32,667 bases of DNA. Origin: an uncultured Spirochaetales bacterium (GTDB lineage Bacteria > UBP6 > UBA1177). The translations under genes were made by a program, and so were the position numbers. The notes below the pieces were generated by a model. It was not told the DNA's origin. It saw nothing but the letters and a program-made list of their open reading frames with translations, and searched no databases. Shown here one piece after another: positions 1-9,247 of the stretch. The stretch spans positions 1-32,667 of the forward strand of contig CACZFE010000028.1 of assembly GCA_902780365.1 (NCBI GenBank), given 5' to 3'. Each line of letters opens with the position of its first letter. Positions within the stretch are counted from its first letter, which is position 1.

Positions 1-67
1 CGGCGGCACTTTGCGCCGATTTCGCAGGGATCATGGCAGCTGTCGCCTTCTGTCATCTGTTCTGGTA

Positions 68-126
68 GCGGCGGCAGATCTTGTCGGTATATCGTTATTC
101 CGTTATTCCGATATAACGACCGCCGC
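68..126. terminator. Long imperfect hairpin between a convergent left-edge ORF end and the coaE 3' end; possible terminator
   Basis: Outer stem GCGGCGG (68-74) pairs with CCGCCGC (120-126). Inner stem GTCGGTATATCG (83-94) pairs with CGATATAACGAC (109-120) with one mismatch. There is no clean T-run, so function is uncertain. Confidence 0.3.
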
Positions 127-132
127 AAAAAT

Positions 133-732
133 TTATAAGATTTCTCTTGCTATTTTTTCCAAGGTAAACCGCGTCACTTCGATTCCGTAAGAAGTGTCGA
201 TTATGTGAGTCGCGAAAGGTTTTTTATCCTCAAAAGACATCTGCGAGGCGATTTTTATCTTCGCCTCTTCCTCGGTTATGTTGTCGCGTGTCATCAGGCG
301 GCCCAGCTGGATCTCGGGCTTACACCACGTGAGCATCACGGTGTCGAAATATTTGTGCCAGCCCGCTTCGATAAGGATAGCAGCCTCAAGGATAACCGGC
401 GAAGCAAGGGATAATTCATCAATAATTTCAAAAGTTTTCTGTAAAATTGCAGGATGGGTGATCTGATTCAGCTTTTCGAGTTCAGCTTTATCCGAAAAAA
501 CGATTTTTCCCAAAGTCTTGCGGTCGATACTGCCGTTTTTTATGACGTCAGCTCCGAAAGTTTCACCTATTTTTTCGATAATTTCTGCATTTTTAAGAAT
601 TTCATGCCCAACTGAATCGGCTGAAACGACCTTGAACCCAAGATTGTCGCGGAAGTAATCGAGAACGACGGTCTTCCCTGTCGCAATGGAACCAGTCAGC
701 GCGGCTACGACCTTATTTTTTGCCTTCGCCAT
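133..732 (-). CDS. coaE: dephospho-CoA kinase
   Basis: 199-aa ORF with the N-terminal P-loop ALTGSIATGKT. Length and the ITHPAI motif are typical of CoaE. Confidence 0.9.
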   Translation of the reverse strand: MAKAKNKVVAALTGSIATGKTVVLDYFRDNLGFKVVSADSVGHEILKNAEIIEKIGETFGADVIKNGSIDRKTLGKIVFSDKAELEKLNQITHPAILQKTFEIIDELSLASPVILEAAILIEAGWHKYFDTVMLTWCKPEIQLGRLMTRDNITEEEAKIKIASQMSFEDKKPFATHIIDTSYGIEVTRFTLEKIAREIL

Positions 733-1003
733 CGCGTTCTCTCAGAAAAACACGGATATAGTAGGGTCTGTCGCCTTTAGCATCGATTTTGATAAGCTGC
801 TTGTCCTTGAGTTTCATCGGCATTTTGTAGGTTACGACTTTGCCGTCAGGCATCTGCACTGTCTGCGGCACACCTTCCTGGACTTCATCTACATAAATCA
901 CCTGGTCGATAACGAGCGCGTTTTCAGGCAACTTCGGCTCTACTTCGCAACCGGCCAGAAACATCAGAAAAAGCACCGAAACAGCGATAAAAAACAAACG
1001 CAT
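713..1003 (-). CDS. small lipoprotein, unknown function
   Basis: 96-aa ORF with a signal peptide and lipobox (FLMFLAGC). Its stop overlaps the coaE start by 20 nt, suggesting an operon. Confidence 0.6.
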   Translation of the reverse strand: MRLFFIAVSVLFLMFLAGCEVEPKLPENALVIDQVIYVDEVQEGVPQTVQMPDGKVVTYKMPMKLKDKQLIKIDAKGDRPYYIRVFLRERDGEGKK

Positions 1004-1146
1004 CTTTTCCTCCGGAACAAAAAATTCGCGGCATTATAGTGAAAACGGCTAAAGATACAAATCGCCGATTCTTGACTTTAAATATGATTTTTAATAAATT
1101 CGCCCGTCTGAACCACGCTTATTGTAAATCTATTTGGGGGATATAT

Positions 1147-2745
1147 ATGAAATTCATAAATAAGGCATTGTTTTTATTAGTGTTATTGGCTTTAAGCGAA
1201 TTGAACGCATCCACCGTGACAGAGACTTTGGGTGCTACAGGCACGGTAAACCCCTTCAGCGCGAGAATGTTCGTCGGCGGTGCCGAGGCTACTTATTTCA
1301 ATCCGGCACTTCTTCCGAAAACAAAAAGAAGTTTCACTTTGAACATGTTTTACAGTTACCGCAATCTTGACATAACCCTTTTCGACCGTCCTGAATCTCT
1401 GAATATCGTGGGAAACATCACCGAAAACTCGGGAATTTACGGCGCTAACCAGACAAACAGGGACAAATACGAAACAAACCTTCCGTACAAGACCCGTCCT
1501 ACTGCGGATCTTGATGCAAGAGGTAAAAACGATTCCAAGGAAGGCAACCTCTACGGCGCTGTCGGCCTGGTGCTTCCGATTTGGAAAGACTACATCGCGC
1601 TTGGTTTTTACGGAATGCTCCCGATGGGTTCGCTGATGAAGGAGAAATCCTTTTTCGCGGACGAAAGAGAAGCAAATTTCTCTAACTCGCTCCACTACGA
1701 GCTTTACGACGACAGAATGACCTCTTTCAACCTTTCGCTTGCACTTGCCGGCGGCTACAAATGGGTTTATGCCGGAGTCGGCGTCAATATCACGGCTGAA
1801 GCAAATGTCCAGGCTCCGATCTTTACTCCGGACGCGGGCAAAAACGAGAATAAAATCGGGACGATGGCTGAAATCAAACCGAAACTCGTTCCCCATTTCG
1901 GCCTTATCGTAAGACCGTGGGGACCGATCCAGCTCGGTTTCACGGCACATCTTCCGGCAAAAACCGACATCGATGTCGATACAAAAATCACTTTCTGGTA
2001 TATCGACCGCGACAAAGAGGCCGAAATCAACAGAAACAGGGTGCATGTCGCTTACGCTTTCAGACCGCTCGCCCTCTCGCCGTCGATCGCCATCGTCGAC
2101 TACAAATTCAAGAACGACCTTGAGCTCAGCGTCGGTTTTACCGCTATCTGGAGACAGTGGTCAAAATACAAAAACCGTTACAATGAAAGCCCGGAATACA
2201 ACATATACTGGGACAACACTATTCAGGAAAAAGACGAAAACGGCAACATGAAAGTCGGCGGCTGGACTTCGGAATACGTAGACAAATACAAATGGAAAGA
2301 CAGCTGGGAATTCACTCTCGGCACCAATTTCAAATACCACGCAATCAAAACCGGTCTCGACCTCGCCTACTTCATGTCGCCTGTCCCCAAGCAGGACGGC
2401 AGAACAAACTATGTCGACAACGACAGGATGAGCATCGCGGCGGGTTTCAGCTACACCTGGGATCTTCCGGAAAATCTGCAGCTTGAGCTCGGCGGCAACT
2501 TTCAGGCTCACATAATGCTTGAAAGAACGACGAAAAAGGAGGAAGGCGAGGCAAATTCAGTCGGAAAAGACGGAAAAACAGTCGACGAGTTCCCGGATTC
2601 CGAATGCGACGGCTTCGGAGACTGCCCTGTCGGGACTCCGATAGCAGAATCAGAAGGTTTTCAGACAAACAATCCCGGTTATCCGGGATATAAAAGCAGC
2701 GGCCAGATATTTACAGGCGGTTTGTGGCTTACACTTTACTTTTAG
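1147..2745 (+). CDS. outer-membrane beta-barrel protein, unknown family
   Basis: I chose the internal ATG at 1147, preceded by GGGGG at 1136-1140. This gives the signal peptide MKFINKALFLLVLLALSELNAS. The sequence has alternating aromatic/Gly beta-strand character and a C-terminal ...LWLTLYF ending in Phe, as in OMPs. Confidence 0.7.
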   Translation: MKFINKALFLLVLLALSELNASTVTETLGATGTVNPFSARMFVGGAEATYFNPALLPKTKRSFTLNMFYSYRNLDITLFDRPESLNIVGNITENSGIYGANQTNRDKYETNLPYKTRPTADLDARGKNDSKEGNLYGAVGLVLPIWKDYIALGFYGMLPMGSLMKEKSFFADEREANFSNSLHYELYDDRMTSFNLSLALAGGYKWVYAGVGVNITAEANVQAPIFTPDAGKNENKIGTMAEIKPKLVPHFGLIVRPWGPIQLGFTAHLPAKTDIDVDTKITFWYIDRDKEAEINRNRVHVAYAFRPLALSPSIAIVDYKFKNDLELSVGFTAIWRQWSKYKNRYNESPEYNIYWDNTIQEKDENGNMKVGGWTSEYVDKYKWKDSWEFTLGTNFKYHAIKTGLDLAYFMSPVPKQDGRTNYVDNDRMSIAAGFSYTWDLPENLQLELGGNFQAHIMLERTTKKEEGEANSVGKDGKTVDEFPDSECDGFGDCPVGTPIAESEGFQTNNPGYPGYKSSGQIFTGGLWLTLYF

Positions 2746-2754
2746 GAGGATAAA

Positions 2755-3909
2755 ATGAAGAAATTTGCAGTTATTTTAACAGCTTTTGTTATGGCGCTTT
2801 TTGTTGTTTCATGCGGCGGAGGAAGCGACGATCCGGCAGACAGCGGAGATACCGATACAAACGAGGAAAAACCGGCTGACACAGATACTGACACATCGGA
2901 CAGCGATACAGGTTCGGAAACTCCGGACACGGCGACAGACACGACTCCCGAAACCGATACCGATTCAGACGAAACCGATACGACTCCTGAAGATCCGACC
3001 GATACAGACACCGACACGACCCCTGTCGACGGCAACTGCACGGAAGGCGAAACGAGACTCGGGGAAACAGTCTGCGGCTCTACTCAGCACGGCAAACTTT
3101 ATCAGGTATGCAAAGACGGCGACTGGGAAGATACCGAAAAATGCACCTGCGATCCGGGCGAATACCCCGAAGTATGCGGATATTACGGACAGAAAATGTG
3201 GTTCACATCTTCTTCGAAAGTCGCTACGATCGACCTCGCAGAAGGCTGGACGAGAACATATTTCCACATCGTTCAGGAGCAGGAACAGGACAAAGTTCAT
3301 ATCAAGGCAACATACTGCAACATCAAAATCGACAACTCGATGAGCGCGCTTCTTCAAGTTATCATGCCGCAGTCGTTTGCAGACGCTCTTGGAACGGCTG
3401 ACAAAGAATCGTATATCACCAAAAATGACGACGGAACTTTCGGATTCGATCAGGATGTTTTCTGGGAGATCCGCGGAATCGATCCTGCATGCTACGGCGA
3501 CAATCCGGCAGGATACAACCTTCCGACAAATTCGGCCGATCCGTGCGTTCAGGACTGGGACAACGACGGAATGCCGGGACTTACCGTCAACGCAAAAGGA
3601 ACGATCGGCGGAAACAGCATAATGAATATGGTCGAAAAATCGTCTTCAGTTATCCATGACGGTTTGATTTCGGAAGACGGTCTGAAAATCGACGCTCTTG
3701 TCACATGGACAGACGAGCAGAAGATTCTTTTTGCAGAAAACAAAGCTTTGCAAGGCGGCTCAGACAACAAGATCAAAGATGAATCGAGCAAATTCGACGG
3801 CCCGGCGAACTTCATCGAGCAGGTCAAAATCGAAGACGGCAGCGACTGCGCGTTTATCGTCAACAACGCTGCGACAATTTTCTCGCCGGATCCTGTAAAC
3901 CTCAAGTAA
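2755..3909 (+). CDS. lipoprotein with a Thr/Asp-rich low-complexity linker and a Cys-containing globular domain
   Basis: 384 aa with signal peptide and lipobox (ALFVVSCGG). It starts 10 nt after the OMP gene, so the two are probably co-transcribed. Confidence 0.75.
   Translation: MKKFAVILTAFVMALFVVSCGGGSDDPADSGDTDTNEEKPADTDTDTSDSDTGSETPDTATDTTPETDTDSDETDTTPEDPTDTDTDTTPVDGNCTEGETRLGETVCGSTQHGKLYQVCKDGDWEDTEKCTCDPGEYPEVCGYYGQKMWFTSSSKVATIDLAEGWTRTYFHIVQEQEQDKVHIKATYCNIKIDNSMSALLQVIMPQSFADALGTADKESYITKNDDGTFGFDQDVFWEIRGIDPACYGDNPAGYNLPTNSADPCVQDWDNDGMPGLTVNAKGTIGGNSIMNMVEKSSSVIHDGLISEDGLKIDALVTWTDEQKILFAENKALQGGSDNKIKDESSKFDGPANFIEQVKIEDGSDCAFIVNNAATIFSPDPVNLK
2827..3033 (+). repeat. Low-complexity (D-T/T-D/T-P) coding repeat
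   Basis: Encodes DTDTNEEKPADTDTDTSDSDTGSETPDTATDTTPETDTDSDETDTTPEDPTDTDTDTTP. The nucleotide pattern is GAYACN-rich, which also produces spurious ORFs in other frames and strands. Confidence 0.8.
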
Positions 3910-3923
3910 GTGACGAAAAATAT

Positions 3924-3951
3924 TTGACAAATATCATTTTTTTTATACACT
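3924..3951 (+). promoter_or_regulatory. sigma70-like promoter candidate for the HD gene
   Basis: TTGACA at 3924-3929, a 16-nt spacer, then TACACT at 3946-3951. The ATG at 3960 follows almost immediately with no clear RBS. Confidence 0.3.
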
Positions 3952-3959
3952 GTTGAGCC

Positions 3960-4883
3960 ATGAGTGATTTTACGATCGATAAATCAGCTTTTCCTCTCCA
4001 GCTCGCAAGACTCGGAGATTCGCGTAATGTTGAAGAATGCAGAGGTATTCTTTTACATCTTCTGGAACTTATGAAGCTTGATCAGGCTGAAATCGGCAAA
4101 ACTTTGAATATTTTTGACGATGTTTACAGCCTTTACTGCGGAAAATTCCCCGGATACAAATCCTGCGACACCGAATATCACGATTTCAGACATGTGATCG
4201 ACGTGGTTCTCGCTTCGATCAGGATCACCGATTCCCTGATGCTCTGCGGCGAGACATTCTCGAAACACAACATTTTTCTTGTTGCTATCGGAGCTATTTT
4301 CCACGACACGGGCTACATTCCCGAAATCAACGATCCGGTAGAAAACGGTGCTGTCTACACTTCTACCCACGTCAGACGCAGTATGGTTTTTGCGGAAAAA
4401 TACATGTCTCAGCGCGGATACACAGCTGAAGATATTGAGAAAACCACCCAGATGATCCTTCTCACCGACCTCAGCGTAAAACTTGACGACATCAAATTTT
4501 TTGATGCCGAAACCGAAAGATTTGCGAAAATTCTTGCTTCAGCCGATCTTATAGGTCAGATGGCCGACAGAGTTTATCTCGAAAAACTTCTTTTTCTGTA
4601 TCGCGAATTCCAGATGGGAAACATTCCTTTCTACACTTCAGAAGAGGATCTTCTCGCAAAAACAATCGGTTTTTTCAAAATCATGGAAAACCGTCTTACA
4701 AACACCCTGGACGGAGTGAACGCGAAACTTGTCCTCCATTTCCAGAAAAGATACGACATCAACGAGGATCTTTACCGCAAGGGAATGAACAACAACCTTG
4801 CATACCTTACAAAAATCCTCGACGAGCATCCGGGCCACCACAGAGAATATCTCCGCCGTGACAATATGGTTAAAAAGCTCTGA
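3960..4883 (+). CDS. HD-domain phosphohydrolase family protein
   Basis: 307 aa. H...HD signature is present: YHDFRHVIDV and AIFHDTGY. Confidence 0.75.
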   Translation: MSDFTIDKSAFPLQLARLGDSRNVEECRGILLHLLELMKLDQAEIGKTLNIFDDVYSLYCGKFPGYKSCDTEYHDFRHVIDVVLASIRITDSLMLCGETFSKHNIFLVAIGAIFHDTGYIPEINDPVENGAVYTSTHVRRSMVFAEKYMSQRGYTAEDIEKTTQMILLTDLSVKLDDIKFFDAETERFAKILASADLIGQMADRVYLEKLLFLYREFQMGNIPFYTSEEDLLAKTIGFFKIMENRLTNTLDGVNAKLVLHFQKRYDINEDLYRKGMNNNLAYLTKILDEHPGHHREYLRRDNMVKKL

Positions 4884-4924
4884 TTTTTCCGATACTTAAA
4901 CAAATTTCAGCTTTTGGAGTCGTT

Positions 4925-6784
4925 ATGAAAAAAATCAATTTTGCACTGATTCTTCTTATCCTATGCATTGCTTCCTGTTCGTCCAAAAACGAAAAACCGG
5001 TTCCTTCAGAAGAAACCAAAACCGCTCCCGCCGCAGCCGCGAAAACGATCGTCGACTACACCGGGATCGAGACCTCGCATTCGGGTTATCTCCTTGAAAA
5101 CGGTTCAAAACTTTACATCGCAAGAAAGGAAAACGCAGCACAGCTTTATCTCGAATCGGCTGACGGAAAAGAGACTAAGCAGCTCACTTTTCTTGAAGAC
5201 GCGGTTGAAAGTTATGCTCTGAGTCCTGATGAATCGCAGCTCATATTCAGTGCGGCAAAAGGCGGGAACGAGCAGTATGATTTTTATCTTTACTCTTTCA
5301 AAACCGGAAAATACGAACCGCTTCTGGTCGATGATTCAATACGTTACGAAGATCCTACGTGGCTTAACGAAAACGAGATCTTATATGCCTCAAACGAAGC
5401 CAACGGAAAGGATTTTTATATCTATCACCTTGATATCGCTGCGAAAAAACGCACTCTTCTGGTTGAAAAGAAAGGCTTCAACAACATAAGCGACGCCCTT
5501 TCGAAAGACGATTTTCTTTTCTACACCTACGAAAGCAACATGAAAACCGTTCCCTACCGCTTCCAGAACGGCAAGGCGAAAAAAATGAAAACAGGCGACG
5601 AGAACAAAAAATATATCCCTATCGCCTATTTCGACGGCGGGATCCTGATGAAAACCAACGAAAAAAATGACATGGAATACCTTGAAATCGTTCTCGATTT
5701 CGCCAAAAAACCGGTTTTTGAGGGCAAATGGGGCGTTGAATCGGTCACTGTTGACTACAAAAGCCGCGATGAAGCCGTTTTCTGCACGAACGAGGAAGGT
5801 TACAGCAAGTGTTTCCACTACAAAAAAGGGGAGATCAAACCGCTTGATTTCGGCAGATCGCTTGTCGGGCTCAATTCGCTCAAAAACGGGAAGCTTGTTC
5901 TCAAAGTTTCTTCGGAAGGCGACATCCCTCAACCGCAAGTATTTGATTTAACTACAAAAACATTTCAGAAATTCGGTTATGTCAACGCAAACGGGATCGA
6001 TGTTTCGCTTTTTGCAACTCCAGAACTCAGAAAGGTGAAAAGTTTCGACGGCGAAGAGATCCCCTACTTCATCTATATTCCTAAAACAGGAAAAGCGCCA
6101 TACACTGTTCTCGTCAGCTTTCACGGCGGTCCGGAAGGTCAGTTCAGGCCCGGTTTCACCCCGCAGTTCCAGTATTTTCTTTCAAAAGGGATCGCCGTCG
6201 CGGCACCGAATGTCCGCGGCTCTTCCGGTTACGGCAAAAGATTTATGGACCTTGACAACTACAAACTCCGCATGAACGCAGTCAAAGACGGCGGCGCGAT
6301 TCTGGAAGACCTAGTGAAAAGCGGCATCGCAAAACCGAACACTTTTATTGCAACCGGCGGAAGTTACGGCGGTTTCATGACAGTCGCGTCGATGGCACAG
6401 TTCGCCGGCGACTACATCTGCGGAATCGACAATGTCGGAGTAGTCGATCTCATCAATTTCCTTGAAAACACCTCAAGTTACAGGCGGCACCTGCGTGAAG
6501 CCGAATACGGTCCCCTCACCGACCGTGAGTTTTTAGCTTCGATTTCACCCACGAACATGGTCGACAAGATCAAAGGAGAGCTTTTCGTTTTCCATGGAGC
6601 GAACGATCCGAGAGTTCCTGTAAGCGACGCCTACATTCTCATCGACAAGATGAAAAAAGCGGGCAAAAAAGTTCAGAAACACATTTTCGAAGACGAAGGA
6701 CACGGATATCGCAAAAAGGCGAACAGAGACATATACTTCCTTAAAAGTGCCGAATTCATTGAAAACTGCGTAAAGGCTAACTAA
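4925..6784 (+). CDS. S9 family serine peptidase (prolyl oligopeptidase / acylaminoacyl-peptidase type), lipoprotein
   Basis: 619 aa with lipobox LILCIASCSS and an N-terminal propeller-like region. The C-terminal alpha/beta hydrolase part carries the nucleophile elbow GGSYGG, Asp in HGANDPRV and His in DEGHGY. Confidence 0.85.
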   Translation: MKKINFALILLILCIASCSSKNEKPVPSEETKTAPAAAAKTIVDYTGIETSHSGYLLENGSKLYIARKENAAQLYLESADGKETKQLTFLEDAVESYALSPDESQLIFSAAKGGNEQYDFYLYSFKTGKYEPLLVDDSIRYEDPTWLNENEILYASNEANGKDFYIYHLDIAAKKRTLLVEKKGFNNISDALSKDDFLFYTYESNMKTVPYRFQNGKAKKMKTGDENKKYIPIAYFDGGILMKTNEKNDMEYLEIVLDFAKKPVFEGKWGVESVTVDYKSRDEAVFCTNEEGYSKCFHYKKGEIKPLDFGRSLVGLNSLKNGKLVLKVSSEGDIPQPQVFDLTTKTFQKFGYVNANGIDVSLFATPELRKVKSFDGEEIPYFIYIPKTGKAPYTVLVSFHGGPEGQFRPGFTPQFQYFLSKGIAVAAPNVRGSSGYGKRFMDLDNYKLRMNAVKDGGAILEDLVKSGIAKPNTFIATGGSYGGFMTVASMAQFAGDYICGIDNVGVVDLINFLENTSSYRRHLREAEYGPLTDREFLASISPTNMVDKIKGELFVFHGANDPRVPVSDAYILIDKMKKAGKKVQKHIFEDEGHGYRKKANRDIYFLKSAEFIENCVKAN

Positions 6785-7659
6785 TGGACAACATTAAATT
6801 TTTTCACGATTTTCTCCTGCATGAGAAACGCCGTTCCATAAAAACAGCCGATTCCTACTGTCTAGATATCGAACTTATGCAGCGTTATTTTACCGAAGTA
6901 GGCATCACTCTCGAAGAGGCCGACAAAGACGACATAAAGGACTACCTCGGAGCGATCTATTCGGAGGTCAAGGCATCATCTCTCAGGCGCAAGATCGCGG
7001 CTGTAAGACAATTCTACCTCTTTCTGCACAAACGCAAAATTATTGAAGATAATCCGACTCTTGCGCTTTCCGGCCCGAAGAAGGACGGCATTCTTCCCGG
7101 CGCCTTGACCCGCGAGGAAATGGCAAAACTGATCGAATACAACTATCCTCAGAATCTCAAAGGGCTGCGTGACCGCGCGATAATCGAAATGCTTTACAGC
7201 AGCGGAGTCCGTGTCGGAGAACTCGTTTCCATCAAAATCAAAGACATGGATTTCAAAGAAAAAACCGTTACCGTTCTGGGAAAAGGCAACAAAGAAAGGC
7301 TGCTTCCGGTAACAAGCCAGGCTATTGATTCTATTGAGAATTATCTTATGAAACGCCCTACCGGAAAAGAGAAGGATTCAATAATTTTCTGCAATTTGAA
7401 CGGCGGTCAGCTCACCGAGCGCGGAGTGCAGTTCATAATCGACACTCTTGCAAGAAACTGCGGGATCTACCGCAAAGTCACTCCCCACATGCTGCGTCAC
7501 AGCTTTGCGACCCATTTTTTGGAAAACGGCATGAATCTCAGGTACTTACAAAAACTTTTGGGACACAGCAACCTCTCCACGACCGAAATTTATACCAATT
7601 TGTCGATTGAACATATTGAAAAAGTCTACCGTAAAGCCCATCCGGGTTCGAAGAACTGA
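6784..7659 (+). CDS. tyrosine site-specific recombinase, XerC/XerD type
   Basis: 291 aa. Contains an N-terminal SAM-like domain and the catalytic motifs ...GVRVGEL..., HMLRHSFATHFL and LGHSNLSTTEIYT. The start overlaps the peptidase stop (TAATG). Confidence 0.85.
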   Translation: MDNIKFFHDFLLHEKRRSIKTADSYCLDIELMQRYFTEVGITLEEADKDDIKDYLGAIYSEVKASSLRRKIAAVRQFYLFLHKRKIIEDNPTLALSGPKKDGILPGALTREEMAKLIEYNYPQNLKGLRDRAIIEMLYSSGVRVGELVSIKIKDMDFKEKTVTVLGKGNKERLLPVTSQAIDSIENYLMKRPTGKEKDSIIFCNLNGGQLTERGVQFIIDTLARNCGIYRKVTPHMLRHSFATHFLENGMNLRYLQKLLGHSNLSTTEIYTNLSIEHIEKVYRKAHPGSKN

Positions 7660-7666
7660 AAAATCC

Positions 7667-8569
7667 TTATCTGATCAGGCTGAACTCAAAATCTGCGAAA
7701 AACGTGGGAACGAACTTGCCGTCGGTAAAGTCTGAATCCTTGAGGACATTGTAATTCATCCCGATTCCGGCTCCCAAAGCAAACCAGCTGAAAACACTGT
7801 AACTTCCGCCTGCTTCGACACCTAAGGACCAGTCGTTGAAGTTTGAATGTCCGGTGTTATCCCAGATTTTTTTGTAACCGAGTCCTGCTTTCAGCGCGAA
7901 ATCTTTGATTCTGTAAAATCCGCCAGCCGTGATCCCGAGCGAATAAGCCCTTTTGGACGAAGTGCTGTAATCGGTCCCGACAGAAAGAGTCGAATAAATG
8001 TTTGCGAAATTTACTCTGACACCTGTGCTGAGCATCGGATCGAATTCGGTGTCGTGCTGAGTCTGGAGAATGAGGTCTAATGAAAACAATGAAGGATCTT
8101 CTTGTTTAATGATTTCAGGCTCTTTTTCTGTTTTCACGACTTTTTTATTTTCTTTTTTCTCCTCTTTTTCATAAATCGGATAGTCGTATCTCGGAGTCGT
8201 TCCGTAGTATTCGCCCCAGTTTTTTGAAGTCGGCGAATATTCCTCTTTTTGAGGCTCATTTTTCTTTGGTTCCGCTTCAAGAATTTTGGTTTCGGCCTCT
8301 TCAGGGACTGTTTTGTCACTTATTTCATGCGTTTTTTCAAGAGTTTGCTTCTTTTCTTCGCTGTTTTCTTCGGTTTTTTCTTCCGCTGCGGCCGATTTTT
8401 CCTCTTTTTTATCTTCTTTCTCAAGATCTCCGAAAACGACTTTTTCCCATCCCGGAGCGTTCGCCCCTTCGCTGATCTCCACTGTCAGTTCGAAAGGCTT
8501 TTCCTCATCAGCGGAAACGATGATTTGGATAAAAAAAAGAGTAATAAAAACAAATATTTGAAATTTCAA
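7667..8569 (-). CDS. secreted protein with a Glu/Lys-rich region and a C-terminal OMP-type beta-barrel domain
   Basis: 300 aa with signal peptide MKFQIFVFITLFFIQIIVSA. A long E/K-rich low-complexity middle is followed by about 130 aa of alternating-hydrophobic strands rich in G/Y/S. Confidence 0.6.
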   Translation of the reverse strand: MKFQIFVFITLFFIQIIVSADEEKPFELTVEISEGANAPGWEKVVFGDLEKEDKKEEKSAAAEEKTEENSEEKKQTLEKTHEISDKTVPEEAETKILEAEPKKNEPQKEEYSPTSKNWGEYYGTTPRYDYPIYEKEEKKENKKVVKTEKEPEIIKQEDPSLFSLDLILQTQHDTEFDPMLSTGVRVNFANIYSTLSVGTDYSTSSKRAYSLGITAGGFYRIKDFALKAGLGYKKIWDNTGHSNFNDWSLGVEAGGSYSVFSWFALGAGIGMNYNVLKDSDFTDGKFVPTFFADFEFSLIR

Positions 8570-8575
8570 AGCATC

Positions 8576-8776
8576 TTAGTTCAAAGGTGACGGAGCAAAA
8601 ACGAACATCGAAACTTTAGTCTCATTTTTCTGCGCGTCAAGAACTATTTTGTGCTTGTGTGAATAGTTTGAATATTCAGCCGAGGTGAGGATTTCCATCC
8701 GGCCGTTTTTCTCTGTTTTTACGACGAACGGGATCGAGTTTTTCCCTTTTTTAAGGCTTCCGGTCCACTCATGCAT
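8576..8776 (-). CDS. hypothetical protein
   Basis: 66-aa ORF tightly packed between two same-strand genes. No recognisable motif. Confidence 0.4.
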   Translation of the reverse strand: MHEWTGSLKKGKNSIPFVVKTEKNGRMEILTSAEYSNYSHKHKIVLDAQKNETKVSMFVFAPSPLN

Positions 8777-8787
8777 TCGGGTCTCCC

Positions 8788-9138
8788 TTATTTTTTCATC
8801 CGATGAAAATCTTCCGTAGCATCGTAGACAAGATTTATCGTAACAGGATCTCCTGCCGCGACAACAGATTCGGAAATTTTTTCCCCTTTTTCACTTTTTG
8901 CCGGAGCGAAAAAGAAAATAAAAAAGACGATCACAAAAACAGCGGCTACCGCCGAAACCGCTCTCGAAAGCGCGATGAATTTGGCGCGTCTTTTTCTGAT
9001 GGCAGCAGCTTCTTCAAGCCGTGCATCGATTTTTTTCTGGAATTCTTCACCGATCTCATCATCAGATTTTCTGTAGGATTTCAACAGCTTGCCGTATTCT
9101 TCAGGCATTTTTTCAAGATTTTCTCTTTCCTTTTCCAT
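8788..9138 (-). CDS. single-pass membrane protein, unknown function
   Basis: I chose the ATG at 9138, with GAGG 5 nt upstream. A charged N-terminal helix is followed by one TM segment (AVSAVAAVFVIVFFIFFFAP). Confidence 0.5.
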   Translation of the reverse strand: MEKERENLEKMPEEYGKLLKSYRKSDDEIGEEFQKKIDARLEEAAAIRKRRAKFIALSRAVSAVAAVFVIVFFIFFFAPAKSEKGEKISESVVAAGDPVTINLVYDATEDFHRMKK

Positions 9139-9247
9139 AACGACCTCAACAAACAACAATAATACGACTTCGAAAGTCTCAAAAAGTTACATTTTTATTT
9201 ATTTTTTTGCGCGTTTTTGCTAAAAAGCGCTGTTTTCGGAGGTGAAA

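Noticed and set aside
1-68. Possible 3' end of a plus-strand CDS (frame 3, ...AALCADFAGIMAAVAFCHLFW, stop TAG at 66-68)
   Set aside because: Only 21 codons are visible and there is no motif. It cannot be supported as a gene from this window alone.
98-113. Tandem 8-mer CGTTATTC x2
   Set aside because: It is too short and forms the loop of the putative hairpin. It is not an independent feature.
1192-2046. 284-aa minus-strand ORF, plus smaller ORFs at 1767-2030, 1917-2251 and 2161-2668
   Set aside because: All overlap the OMP gene in other frames or on the other strand. Their composition is Arg/Ser/Val-rich nonsense, with no RBS or motifs.
2742-3357. ORFs 2742-3041(-), 2786-3343(+) and 2965-3357(-), including a VSVSVS-type peptide
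   Set aside because: These are artefacts of the GAYACN low-complexity repeat in the lipoprotein gene, which is stop-free in several frames.
5390-5938. 182-aa minus-strand ORF inside the S9 peptidase gene
   Set aside because: It is antisense to a strongly supported CDS and has no independent signals.
6784-7659. Xer-type tyrosine recombinase as the integrase of the variable region
   Set aside because: It lies about 4.6 kb outside the repeat-defined border, among housekeeping genes. Its size and motifs are those of chromosomal XerC/XerD, and no att-like duplication is linked to it.
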